Source: Amoebophrya sp. A120
Taxonomy: Eukaryota; Protista; Dinoflagellata
DNA: 64,000 nt
NCBI GenBank assembly: GCA_905178155.1
Contig: CAJINV010000011.1
Location: 2,776,485-2,840,484, forward strand
Direction of reading: 5' to 3'
The position numbers and the translations under genes are program-made. The first letter of the stretch is position 1. Each line of letters starts with the position of its first letter. The notes under the pieces are model-generated. The model was not told where the DNA came from and searched no databases. It worked only from the letters and a program-made list of their open reading frames with translations. Shown here one piece after another: positions 10,865-23,935 of this stretch.

Positions 10865-13491
10865 TGCAACTTTTTTAGCCGCCCGAAGCCGCGCGACCAC
10901 GGCCCCCCTGTTCCGTGCCTAATCTAGTCTATCAGCCTGATCACACATGTAGCAAGCCCCGACCTGTGCGTCGCCGCAGAATGTGATACTGCGCACGCAG
11001 TTTGTGCTCGCACATTTTAGTGCGAGCACAGCAATGCATCACTGACAAAAAAGCTGTAAAGTGTGTTCCGCCATCGCATCACGAGATGATTAGATAGATT
11101 TTTTTTTTGAGAGAAGCACAACTAAGGATCTAGCTACATCAGATATTTAGTTTAGGTGTAAGAGTCATCGCGTTTGGTTTCGTGTCGTGGATCCGCAACC
11201 TGTTATGTGTTTTGGTGTATTCCGCGCCGCCGGTCCACGAATCGCTCCCACGTCCCCGCGTTCGCGAGTCCCTTGTGCATGCAGACGCAGCTATCTCACT
11301 GTGTCTGCGAATCGCGTTCCGACACCGCGTCTTCCCGTCGCAGCCATCGTCTGCCAGCCAAAGTCCCGTCGCCCCGTCCGCCAGCTCCACCGCCCCGTCG
11401 TGGCTAGTGCCATCTTTCCGTCAGCCACTGTCCCGTCGCATCCACCATCTGGCAAAGCCGCCAGTTCGCGAAAAACTTGTTGTGCAAAAGCAAGTTCGCC
11501 GTCGCGCGGCCGCAGTACAGCATCCACGTCAGCTGTCTCCGCACCGTGGTAGCTGCGTCTCCTCCACCCCAAAGCTGCATCGCCCCTTGACCCGCGATCG
11601 CCGCGGTAGCTGCGTCTCCTTCGCCCGAAAGCTGCATTTCCGTATCCATCTTGCCACTCCCATCCTACCGCCCGATGCGCGTCCACTCCCAGCTCCCAGT
11701 TCGCAGCTTCCCGTCGTCCTTCGTGGCACCCCGTCTCGCTGCGTATCCGTCAGTCCGCAACTCCAATTAACGCGTTGAGGTGATGGTCTCCTCTGCTAGT
11801 ACTGCGTCGCTGAAGCGCAAAGACGATGAACGGCAAGTAGCACGCAAGTCCTCATGATTGTATTTTGTTGTGCGTGTGAGGATGTAGCGGAAGGTGAGTG
11901 TGCTACTTGCAAATATGAAATAAAATACAACCTACAAGGCGCGATGTGTAAAATAAATGTCGACTATGTGTGTGTTGTGTGTAGTGTAAATATAATGTTC
12001 AAAATGTGCAGTGTCTATGTGTTCTAAGGCATTAGAAATTCCTGAACTTCTACCCCGCCCAGGGAGGCGGCGGCTGTGTGCAGCCATTTTGCATGTTGAA
12101 CCTTAAGTCACACAATAGATCAAAACATCGAGATCATTCCACGACCTAACCACGTGGATAGGCGGACCACCACCACGCTAAAGCACGCTCACTCCACCAA
12201 CAACGTCGTACTCTCACTGCCTGTTTTGCTTCCTTCGCAACCTTTCCGCAGAGGTTCAGAAGCTTCCTATCTCGCTGTGTTCAACCACGCCTCTATCTGT
12301 CAAGCCGCGCGATGCAAAGCGCGGGGGATCCACAAAGCGCGTTTCTATCTTTCCTCTACTCTCCATCGCGCCTTCATTCTTCGTGGCTGTTTCGCTAATT
12401 CTACACAGGGACTTTCGGGCACAAGAGGCTGAAGTGCGGCCGTTCAGATTACAAATGCAGACGCAACGACCGACGCGTGTCTCTTTTCGCGGCCGTCATG
12501 AACTTCTTTATTTGTAGGCGACGACAACCGAATATGCATGTAGGACGTCACGCGACGCCCTGGCACTTACTGCGCCGCATCTATGTATGTCTATTTTCAA
12601 TTTGTATTGAGTCTACCGATCCGGAGAGTCCCGTGGTGGGGTGTAGCTTGCATAAAACCGACGACAAGTCTTCGAAACTGGCATCGCCACAGCCTCATCT
12701 TCTTGCCTTCAACGTGCTACCATACTGGTGCTAAAGCTTCAACCGACTGCGCTGCACTTGTCTTTTATTTCGCAAGCTATCCTACGGGCAGACCGACTGC
12801 GCTTTCTCTGTTTTGTTTCTTCGGCTGCGAGCAATCTTATACCACAAGCCATTTCCGCATCTGTTCTTCATTTTTTTTCATAATCCCGTAGTGCAACCTC
12901 TTGCTTACTTCAAAAAGCTTTTGCAGCTGATCGTCGCGCTTAGAGGTCTTTGCAATGCACTGAAAAAGAACTTTTATTTAATAGTGCCACGTCTCCACAT
13001 TCCCGTTGAAGTAGAAATTTATTCACTATATGCTACTTCTAAAAATAAACTGATGTTCCCCGCACGCTATGTAGAGACTCCGCACCTCCTTGACGCGGAC
13101 ACTATTAACTCAACATGGCTACAGACAGTACTCGGAATCTGCTCACTTCCCATCTGTAGCAGCTCTGCACTACTACCTCCGCCGTAGTACAAAGCAGGTG
13201 TAAAAGACATTTTTTGTCACAAACCTGCATGTGTTTCCAAAGGCAACGCATACAGGCTCGTGACGGAAAATAGATATCAGTGTTTTCTATGTGAAAAAAA
13301 TAGGCGTAAGCCGATAGTTTCCACGTAGATAGAAGTGTGATTGTGGTGGTCTCAAAGGGTGTACAAGCTTTGTATTGCGACTTTGATGAAACATAAAATC
13401 ACAGTATAAGTCTTACAGTTTGATATGCCAGCAAATCAACTAACATCTATTTTCGAAAGCAACTGACAACTCGAATTCCTTCTTCTTTCAT

Positions 13492-16487
13492 CTACTCTTC
13501 GTCACTCTCCTCAACATCATTCTGGACGGGCGCGGCCGCAGCGTTGTTGCCCATGTTCAAGCCGGGGAGCGCAATCCTGCGTCGCTGAGCCGGGGGTCCC
13601 GCATTGTTGTTCGCATTCGCCGGCGCGGCCGGAGCCGGAGCGTTGGCCATGATCTCGCGGCACAGGGACTGCTTGGTCTCGGGCTCCAAAAAATCAAAGT
13701 CCAGTCGCAAGCCATTGCACAGGTTCAAAGCGGCCTGGTGCTGACCTGATTTGAAAAAATAGAAGCGTATATTTTTTCAACATCAATTGTACAAAATTTT
13801 TCCGCTTTGCGTCACAATTGCCACGACGTCTTCTCTTCCTACCTTCATGTACAAAATCAAAGTCCTAAAAAGCACGACATTATTGTACCCGCCGCCAAAG
13901 CCGTCCGGATCCCTTCGCACGACTGCTCCTGCACCATCTCGGTGAACTTCATGTACAGCTTCTGGACATTTTCCTGCAACGACGGAAAGGTCGGAAAGGT
14001 GCGCTCCATCAGCGAGTTCCGCCAGCCCAGCACATCACGCGCGATGTTGGCCTTGTTGCAGGTGTCGAAGTCGACGTACACGGTGATGAACGCAGTCATG
14101 ACCTGGTGCAAGGGCTTGATCAAGTGGCGGTCACCCAAGTCCAAGGCACGCAGTTCCGCAGCGATGTTGTTCAGCTCCGGGGTGCCGACGCGATTCGCGA
14201 ACTGGCCCTTCGCCAAGTCAAAGGTGCTGCACAACGTGTTCATCTTGCGGATCAGGTCCTTCATCTCGTCGCTCATCCGGACTTCGTCGAGGCGCAATAA
14301 CTCGTTCCGCAGGCGGGTGCTCAACTCCGCAGTAAAGGCAGCCGGAACTTTGGTGTGGGGGGCGAAGACCTGGTTGACAGCGCGGTTGCGGAGCAGCTCC
14401 AACGAGATCATCACGGCGTGCGGGGTATCCAGGGCCAAGAACGTCGTGATGTCGGTGCAAGCCTCTGCGAACCACTCCGTGGCCTGTTATTTGATATTTG
14501 GTTTCTTTACCATGAAGTAGTGCAATTTGTCGTGCTAATTTGTTATACAGTATCTTTCTGGTGATTTAAACACACAAAACTTCCACTGTTGTATTTGTTT
14601 CTCCGATTTATATGCATGCTAAGGCACTACTTCATGCGAAACCAAATCACAAATACCAGATGCTTGATGCACAAGATGTTGTGCCCCAGCTCGTTGCGGC
14701 AGGCGGCGCGCCAGACCAACAACTCCGGGATGTCCGAGGTCTCGAAGGCCCGCATCAGTTCGTCCACTTTATGAATGGGAAAGTAAAGCCGCAAGCCAGT
14801 TTTGGATGTGATTGCCGAACTTCATTTTGCATGACAAATATCTGAGGTCATGCGTAATGTACTGGATTAAAACATGCGAACACTTTAAAACATACAAGAA
14901 TAGCAAAGCCCCGATGTCCTGCTGTTCACAAAAGTCGACTCTTTTGGGCGGAGTAAATGATGCATCTTTGGTGATCACAGATGCTGGCTTGCGGCTTAAT
15001 TTTACATCTCATATACGGTCAGCATGTGCAGCTGCGAGTCATTCAGCAGTCCCACAACCTTGGTCTCGATCTTCTTCTGCAGCTCCACAATCGCGGCGCG
15101 ATTCAGGGCCTGGTATAGTTTTGCCATGTTTTGTTCGACATTTGTGTTGTTCGCATCGCAAGATTAATTTGCATTGTCTATCTACTCCATGTGCGGCTAG
15201 AATGGCATGATGCGATTACAGATCTAGCACCGATGTCACGCAAAAACTTCAAATCATTCCACTACAGATGATGAACCAAAATAAAAACAGGTATTACGTC
15301 CGACAACTGGCTCCAGATCAGCTCCTGCGGGGAAGCGTTCTGGCCTCCGGCCGCACCCGGACCCGTCAGAATGTTGGCGGTGATGAATTCCTCCAGGTCG
15401 CAAACGGTCTCATTTTGCAGCGCCAGCTGCACGGAGGTGACGGCTTGGGCGACGTCCGTCAAGGGGGTATTTCCAGTGCAGTACACACGGCCCCGGGAAT
15501 GACGCCTTTGTTTTCACACGTTCATGACCCCGCAAAAACCTTGATTTTTTGCATTACAAGTTCTTGCATGATCGGACGGTGCCAGAAATAGACATTAGCA
15601 TGTGAAACCAGCATGACAAGTCTGTAAGCTCTATACCACAGAGAAAAGTCCTTCAAGGTGCGGGCCGTCACGCCACCCTGGCGACGAAACAGACTTCCGG
15701 CCATCAACGCGTGGATCGCGGCGCGCTCGATCAAAATCTGGGCCTGCACGTCCGTGAAATGGGGGAGGACCTTGCAGCAGACGGCTAAGGCCTTCGTCGA
15801 AGACAACTCGTCCGTCACCGAGCGGAAACGACTCTCGAGATGATTCTGTTATGTTTTACAGGGCAGATGTATGTTTGTCATCTAAAGCCACACACTTTTG
15901 CATCACAAATTCAATTGCGCATGCATAAGTAAACTCCAAATGCACAAAACAAAAATTTTCAGTACTCCAATTCTCATCTGTTTCTCACGGTCTAAACCCT
16001 GAAATTCCGCATCTGTTAATTTCATGCATTCCGTGTGGATTTTGTCGGTGCGGACATACATACACAGGCAGCGGATGGCGGGGGGCAACATCAGCAACGC
16101 GCGGGCCACCGTTCTTTCGTAGGGGCAGGTCAAGACGTTCACTTCGTCCAGCGACAGGCTGGCAAGGTGGTCGGTGCGCGAACAAAGCTTCGTCTTTTGC
16201 TTACCCTCGTTCTTGTAGACCTTACCGAGGGCGTCCAGGAGGTTAGCGTCGGCCTGTGCAAGACGTTCAGTGTTGATGCCATGAAGTTTAAATTCACAAA
16301 ACCAGATCAAATAGGACATAAAGTCCCACTCATCGTCTTGTAAATACACCATCTTGTCCTAAAGTTCGCTGTCTAGAAAAAACAACTTTACCTCTAACCC
16401 AGTCTGCTGCGCAAAGGCCTGCACGACCTCGCTCGTATTCTGACGCTGCACTTGGCGGCGCTTCGGAGCAGCTTTTGCTTCCGCCAT
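13492..16487 (-). CDS. Multi-exon cargo gene, unknown mostly helical protein (~600-700 aa)
   Basis: ATG 16487 (MAEAKAAPKRRQ). GC-rich exon blocks at ~16350-15970, 15850-15620, 15500-15300, 14770-14660, 14485-13890 and 13745-13492 are separated by AT-rich segments carrying GCATGACAA-type motifs. Boundaries approximate. Confidence 0.65.
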
Positions 16488-16784
16488 CTTGAGATCAAAG
16501 ACCAGTAGAAATCTTAAAAGGAATTCGAAGTAGTTGCGGCTGCGGTTTGGTCGTGAAGTGCGTACTTTTTTCGTGAACTTGCAACAAATGGTCTAGCGCT
16601 ACACATAAAGCAAAGAAACCGACGCGCTCAAAGAAAAAAAAACACTCTTCCAGTCCCAAGATCTGAAATGCAGGCAATTTCGTGTCTTATTTGATGTCTT
16701 TTCAACGATGATCGTGTGTGTGCTAGCAGATTGTTGAAGTGCGTGCTTTTCCTTTAGAATTTTCAACAAAATCGCATCCCTTAG

Positions 16785-17458
16785 GTCTGAAACTACACAA
16801 AGATGCTTTTCCTGCGGAGCTGGAACACACTTGAAGATTGCCACGCACAAGGCTGCCGTCGACGCGAAAGCAGCAGTAGCTGCTGGACAAATCAGGTCAG
16901 TTATTATGTTGTTGCTTTTCATGCTACTACTCGACTGTACAAAATTGCAGTGCTTCACTATACAGAGTTTACTACTTGACGCTGCGCCGTTTTATGGTGT
17001 AAAGCATGCACATAAGAGCCAGATAAGCGCCTTGCTTCATCTTTTGCACAAACAGCACGCACTTTTTTGATTCCCTTTGTGTTTGCCTTATGTTCTTTTC
17101 TATGTTGTGACTTCCTTTACTCCCACTATGTATGCTGGTATGAACTGTGTGTTTTTTTTTACAACTATGCTTTACTATAGGTTTCTTACTTGGATATACT
17201 TCTCTATTACTGTAAAAACTATAAAAATCAGCTCATCTCGCAGCAGAAGGCCCAGGCTCCAGTCGAGATTCACCGCGTCGAACATCGAGGTCAATTCCAG
17301 ACGGACCAGGCCCCTGGTATGGTAGCGGTGAAGGCCTCGCTGGTGGTCGTCGTCTATGCCGACGTCACCAAAGGTCACCACAGCACGGCGTCGTTGGTAC
17401 CGGTCACGCTGCACTTCCACCGCGAGACTGAGCTGGCAAAGATTGAAACTATTTGGAG
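16785..17458 (+). CDS. Small spliced cargo gene of unknown function (internal exons only)
   Basis: Exon-like blocks with AG/GT flanks: ~16785-16895 (RCFSCGAGTH...) and ~17232-17458 (LISQQKAQAPVEIHRVEH...IETIWR). Start and stop not resolved. Confidence 0.4.
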
Positions 17459-17996
17459 GTAAAGTACTACTAGTACGCGCTAACTTTGTAGATTTATTCG
17501 TCCGAAACACTATTAAGATCATACAGAACTTGTTCATTTATTTCTTCAATCAAAAGGTCACTTTTTTCTACAAATCTTGAGACTTCGGAGAGACACAAAA
17601 AAGTTATTTTTCGAGCAAAAAAAGTTGTCATTTTGTGAGGAATAATTAAGAAATAGTTAACTTTTGGATTTTGATACAAGAGTTATTTTTCGAGGTCTCA
17701 AAAAAGATACTTATGGAAGAGCTAGATACACTTACAGGAGATTTTCTGGAGGGTCTCAAAAAAGATATTTATGAGGCCTCGAAAAAAGATAATTACTTGG
17801 CCAGTGGACGTCCATGAGGTTGTCCGAGAGGTGTCAGACAAAAGTTATTTATGAGATATTCTGGAGACGAGAAAAGTTGGACAATTCTGATCATTTTCTG
17901 TAGTCAAAAGTTTGCTCTGAATCATACAAGTCGGCTGAGCGAGATTTCTACTTCGAAGATGTAATACAACTACAAAACAGTTCGTCCGCGCATCGA

Positions 17997-20900
17997 TCAC
18001 GACGTGGTGGAGGACGACGCTGCCGCCACAACAGGCTCATCGTGTTCCGCGATCGCTGCGAGCTTCTCCTTCCGCAGTTGCCGTTTGGATTTGCCCACCC
18101 GCTCCACCATCAACTTTGCCAAGTCCTTTACGTCTGCACCAGCCGATTGGAAGTCGAACCATGTGCCGGACCTGTTGCTCGGATTCAAGCACCGCAGCGT
18201 GTTGTCGTCGATTTCCAATTCCCAATCGAGATCGGCTTTTCTCTGCTTGTTGCCGTGGACCCGCCCCTCCGCAAACGCCTTCACCTCAGCCATGTAGGCC
18301 ACGTAGTCCAGTTTCAGCTGCGCCAGTTCATCGTCGCTGCAGAAGTTGTCGTACTGAAAGCCCCGGTGGCCCTTTTCGATGATGAAGCGCGTTCGGACCG
18401 CCCACACACTGAGGCACGCGTCGGTCCAGAGTGGTCCCTCTTGCTCCCCAAATCTCATTCCCCTTCCGGCAATTCCGCCTCTGCTACCGCAGTGAAAATC
18501 GATGTTCGGGTTCTTCAGTTGTTCCTTCATCTTTATCTCCAAGGCCTTGTCCAAGCACTTGATCTCCAGCCTGATGGAATCGCGACCCGTAGTTTTCTTA
18601 TCGCCGATGTTACTTGCTTCTCTGCATTTAAAACCGTCAATGCGCAGCGGCTCTAGTCGGTTTGAGGTGTCCAGACGAGCGCTCTGGTGCAACTTGTATT
18701 CTTTGCCGCTGATTTGTAGAATTTGTGATGCGGATGACACTGATTTCGGCTGCGACTCCATCACGGACTTCTGCGTGCTGCCTTGGGTGAAAGCAGCCTG
18801 GCTGCTTGCTACGTCCAATGCGTCCGAAGCTGCTACTTCCGCGCGGATTGGTAACGCGACGACTTTGTTGTTGTCCAACACGTATATTTTGTCCTGCGGT
18901 CGTGGCGCGCACGACGACATCGCGGTCGGCAGCAAAAACTTGCTAAAATTCTCCGTCATTTCCGCTTTTTCCACATTGGTTGCAGTTGTCCACGCTTCCT
19001 GGATCACGCTCTGCTTTCCGGGTACTGCCTTTACTTTCTTCGCAGCTGCAGACAGCACCTTCACCTCGTCCCCGCAGTACATAAACGGCTCCGCTACTTC
19101 GTCTTGCGCGTTGAGTTTCAGCGCGAAAAACCTACCGAGCTGGTCCAGGTCGTAGTCAGAAGCTGCTTGCGCGTCGCTGTGCAAGCACTTCCCGCCCGCG
19201 ATCTTCATCTTCCTCTCCCACCAGTTCTCTTCTCCGCTTAACATCTGCAGGGGAATTGCTTTGAAAGACGCGGGGCTCAGCACCACATCACAGCAGAGGA
19301 AGGGCTTCCATCCCTTGATTTTTTTGTCGTAGAAAACCGAAATGATGTACGGCGAGAGCAAGGTGCACACGTCTTTCATGCCGGCGACGTGCTCTTTCAG
19401 CGAAACAGCCTCCTCCTCTTCCAGTCCGTCTTCTTCCGGTGCCTCCTCATCTTCTATGCAGTGAAAGCATTTCAAAATGTAAGCGGTGATGCCGTTCTTG
19501 CATGTGTTTGTCATGCTACAGACGCTTCGCAGCGTCGCGTCGAGATTGCGACGCGCAATACAAATTTGACACAGCAAAGCACGAGGCTTTGCGTTTTCTC
19601 GTGCCATAATTCTCTCTGCAGTTTGTATTTGTGGTTGTGCTAACCGCTTGCAAAATTGAAATGTTTTCATTGCATATCCTCCACGTCGTCATCCGCCGGC
19701 GCCAGCTTCAAAATGTCCAGTTCCCCATCTGCGATGTTCAGCGCTTTTTTCTTTTCCCGAAGCTCCTTGACACGCGCGCGACGAGCTCGCAGATAGCGGG
19801 CGATGAGGACCGCAGCAGCGGGTTTATTCTTCGCGGTGACCGTCACAGCCGGCGGATCAGTTGTCTGCACTTCTTGCTGCGCTCTGTTGCATTGTTGTGG
19901 AAGAAGTTTGGTAAAATCCCCCTTCGTGTGCAGGTACGCCTGCAGGCAGTCAGCTTCGACGTCGCGGTAGAATTTATCTTCCACGGAGCAAGCGTTGTAG
20001 TCGCGGATCACCTCCTCCTCGTCGCTACTAGCCTCTACCGCCGGTTCGGCTTCAAGCTCCTTTTTCCGCTTCACCTTGTCCTCCTCCGCGGCTAATAAGA
20101 TGAAGGTATTTCGTTCATCGCGGTTCTTCCATTTGTTGTTGCTGGTGTTCTGCTGCAGCACCTCCTGCTGCGTCGGCGGCTTCGCAGGTTCTACCCAGAC
20201 ATGTCGCCGCTTGCAGTCTATTCCGCGGGTGCAAGCGTAGCGGCTTTTCGTCACTGCCGCATTGTCCTTCGCGTCAGTTTCTGTGCCATCTCCTTCGTGC
20301 AGCTTCAGGTCGTACTCCGCGTTTGCGTGTGCGGCTTGCCAGTCCGCCCTATTTAGGGCGGAGTCTGCACCTGGTATCGACTTCGTTCCTCCTTTTAGTC
20401 TTAATATGCACTGCAAAACGTCCACCCTGCATGACAGATTGATGCGTCGCTATTGTTTTACGATCTAGATGCGCCTCGTCCGGCGGTACAATGCGTTACA
20501 TGTTTTTGCAAATATGCACGGCGAAATACCTGCACTCTGCACCGCAAGTGGGCGCACAGAGCCACGGCGATGTCGTCGTGGCGTTGTGGCGTGCTTTCTC
20601 TTGGGAAATATGCATGACATCGTTGCCACGGCAAGAATTAGAAGACGTGCCGAAAATGCATGAAAAAACTCAATCTGTCATGCAGAAAATCGCTTTGCAC
20701 TTCATATGTCTTGTATGAAACTTGAAGCGGCCACCCCGTCGTTCGCAGTTTTTGGTTGTTCTATTCCGTACGTCGAGAAAGTTGACAAGGTCTTGCATCC
20801 GGGACTGCCGGTCCTCATCTTCCAGTTGGTTGCAGTACCGCTGCACCGAGTGCAGCGATGGCCATCCCGGGTCGTCTTTCATGTACGAACTGAAATTCAT

Positions 20901-22840
20901 CTTCTTCAGGGCTTCGGTGGCTGCAGGAAGATCAGCAAGCGCAGCTGCCAACCAGGTCTCGTGTACGTCGCATTCTCCATCGCGGTATAGCAACATGCAT
21001 TTCGCGGTAGTTAGTGCAACCAAAGCGGAAATTCGTGCGAATTCTATCTGTTTTGTATTTGAATTTTGCATAACAAACTGTGCTGCATGATCACAAAACG
21101 CATGACAAGTTGTTGGAATTTTGGTGCTAGTTGCGAAAGCATTTAAATTATACCAGCTCCTTCTGCTCCGCGGAGAACTCTACTCTCCCCACTGCTATTC
21201 CGCATAGCAGGTACTTGAGATCCGTCTCAACGTCTTCGCGGGATTGCAAATACTGCCTCGCCTTTTTCAGATCTTCTCCCAGTGCCTCCCGCAGTTTCCG
21301 CCTGCTCTTCTCGCCGTTAGTGCCCGCCAGCAGGGAGGCGCTATAATGTTCAATTGGTGCAATTACTACTCCGAGGCGCCAACTCACCAACATGAACATG
21401 AATTCACTACCTGATTTTTTTTGCGTTCCATGCGATTTTGCATTACAAATTGGTAGCTTTTCATGGTGCAGTGCAATTCTATGCATCACAAGTTTGCATT
21501 TTCATAGAAGGATAAAAGTGAACAGGTGCGTCTGCATAAAATGAAAAAAAGAATACCTGTGTTCGACCCCATGTTGATTGCAAACCCATGCTCCAGCACC
21601 TGTTCCGCACCAAACGTTATCCGGCTGCCGAGGCCGACAAAAAGCCGGGCCATGAAGCATCCCAGGCAAATCGATAGTTGTCCAATCGCCGCGAGGACCG
21701 TTAACCAGCGGGTCCAGACGGGAGGTCTAAACCCGCGGCAAAGGGAGTGCAAGCTCCTCATGCACTGTGCCTGGCTCGCTTTCGGCACGACCAACACGGC
21801 CTCGGTGGGGGAACAGCGCCGAAGAAATTTCTTTTTTCCTTCGTCGAGGTGGCAGCGGTCCAAGAAGGCGTTGAATTTCGCATCCACCGGTCGCGGTTGT
21901 TGCCCGTCCCACGGCGCGATAATCGACAACAACTTATCCAGCTCAAAGTGGATTTTTTCTTGCAGCAATTTGATGGAAGTGACCTGCGGATTTGTGATGC
22001 GAAAGGTAAGAAAAATGTCTATGAAAATTGCATCAGAAATTGAATTTGTCATGCCGAAGAAGTCACGCCGGAAAATATGCATTGCAAAGATTACAGTACC
22101 TGTAAAAACAACCGCTTCTGCCACCCTTGCGGGTCTAAACCCATGCAGGCAAGGTAGGTTTCGGCGACGGCTTTGGTCACCAAGGCACACTGGTGGTTTT
22201 TGCACCTATCACTCCAAAAAATGCACTTCGCCAAGGCGGGCGAGGCCATGAACCAGGAGCCCAGGTAGAACAGAGTACTGATCGTCGAACCCCCACTGTC
22301 CGTACTTGGTGTGTAAATTTTCACAGTCTGGTCGGGGTAGTTCTGGAAAAAAATTTCCGGCGGAAACAGCGACCAGATCATGTCCGCGACTTCAAAGCCT
22401 TCACTCCATCCTCTGAATCCACTGCCGACCCGTTTCTTCTGGGAGAAGTCGCTGCTACTGGGAAACATTACTGTGTGGCACGGTAGCAGGGCGTGTCCCA
22501 GCTTGGTCATGTCGGAACCGCAGGAGAATGTCACCATGGCGAAAATCAGCATGATGTGTGCAAATATTTTTATGCGGCCCTTGATGCTGTTCTCATAGAA
22601 CATCGTCTGCGTAGTTGTGCCGTCAACCTCGACGCGGAGCTGCACGACGCTGTACCGCCAGTCGCGAAACGTGTCCTGTGCGCGATTGAAGGCGCACTCC
22701 ACCAGGATAGCACACAGCTTCCATAGTTTCCGCGGGGCCAAATAGGCAGTAGAATTGAAGAAGGTGCTCACCTCCTCTCGCTGTTCTTTCTCCTTCTCCC
22801 GGGCTGCTGCTTCTTTATTCGCCACAATTGCCGCCTTCAT
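17997..22840 (-). CDS. Multi-exon hAT-like DDE transposase with long C-terminal extension (~1200-1300 aa if all exons join)
   Basis: Motifs in hAT order: VEVDGTT (D), STDSGGS (D), RCKNHQCAL (CxxH), PVWTRWLTV (RW), RTTKNCERRGG (E). GT-AG introns at ~21985-22099 and ~21344-21557. Removing introner 19455-19676 joins ORFs 19667-20425 and 17997-19670 in frame (VEDEEAPEE). The 20430-20700 junction is unresolved. Confidence 0.55.
19455..19676. mobile_element. Introner-type intron inside the cargo gene
   Basis: TATGCAGTGAAA...TTTCATTGCATA termini, imperfect 5-bp direct repeat TCTTC/TCCTC; removal restores the frame. Confidence 0.75.
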
Positions 22841-23671
22841 ACTGCTCCTTCCGGTACTACTGGCGATCGCCTACCGACAGCACGCGATCTACTGCTCCGC
22901 CTGCTCCGGACTGGTTTCCGCTGTTCTCAGCCGCTTTGCCCCCAGCTAGAGGCTCGAGACACAGTTCTCGAGATAGTGCAAACACGATGACTCTCTAGCT
23001 TAGTTGTGCTTCTTCGTGATACGATGGCGGACTAGTTATTTTGTAGCTATAGGCGGAGATACTTTTTTATTTCGGGTCCTGGTGTTGCGATAGCATGTAC
23101 TTTTGCATCTGCTACTAGCGATTGTAACGGCAGTAGCTACTCTCATCGCGCATGAGAAAAAAAAACACTTCGAAATGAAATAGCGAAAGAAAAACCACCT
23201 CACACAAGAAAAAAACAACAAAAAAGTCATCGCGTGGTCGTGCTAGATAGCTTTGGAAGATTCTACTTGCAGTGCGTAAAAAAAGGACCGAGCTCATCTA
23301 TCGATCTACGATAGCGGGGAGACATCTCTCGCCCCACCACGTAAGTGCTGGGGGGTTTTCATCATAGAAGGTTCAGGCTTGCTACATGTGATTGCTGTGC
23401 ATCAGGATGCTCTTCCGCGGAGCTTCATGTGCTAGATACAGAAATCAAATCGCTCTAGACGGGCTGGCAGGTCGGTGCTAGATCTAAAAACGCGACTTGA
23501 TTTCTGCAAGGTAGTAGCCACACTCTTGAATTTCTCCCGACCCAGCACCGACCCTACGACCCAGCAGCCACTTCTCGTCTCTTTCCTTTCCCCCACCCCG
23601 TCGTTCGCTTTTCCCCCTTTCTTTGCTACCGCTCTCTTTCACTACCTTCAGCTGCGAGGACATCGGGAAAC

Positions 23672-23775
23672 AAAAAAGTCCGACATCGGGATTCGAACCT
23701 CGAGTCAAAAACTTTTTGACTCGAGGTTCGATGAACAACCCTCCCCTCTTACCAACTCGCCCAAGTGGGCGAGTG
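23672..23775 (-). ncRNA. tRNA-like Pol III unit 1 (A box, B box, T6 terminator)
   Basis: Minus: CACTCGCCCACT-TGGGCGAGTTGG (A-box-like)...GGTTCGAATCC (B box, 23689-23699)...TTTTTT; perfect 18-bp hairpin at 23693-23731. No canonical cloverleaf. Confidence 0.55.
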
Positions 23776-23935
23776 TTAAGAAACTATCATCGATTTCCTA
23801 GCACTTAACATGCTGAAAATGCATGTTGTTGGTAGTGGGGCGTCGAGTTGTCTCCGTGCGCCGATTTCGATCTTGCCTGCTTTAGCACTGCTAGTGCGAA
23901 ATGCAGGGAAGATCGAAGTCGGCGGATCCGGAATC

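Noticed and set aside
1912-10927. Many plus-strand ORFs of 100-270 aa opposite gag-pol
   Set aside because: Antisense shadows of a long GC3-rich coding frame; no independent motifs.
11182-11778. 198-aa plus-strand ORF and ~55-bp duplicated unit (GGTAGCTGCGTCTCCT...AAAGCTGCAT)
   Set aside because: Low-complexity GC-rich repeats open in several frames; no coding signature, and only two copies, so not an array.
12082-12091. AGCCATTTTG partial DinoSL match
   Set aside because: Only 10 nt with no CTCAAG or donor; compatible with chance.
17595-17855. CRISPR-like array
   Set aside because: Repeats are degenerate and irregularly spaced, in a eukaryotic context with no cas genes.
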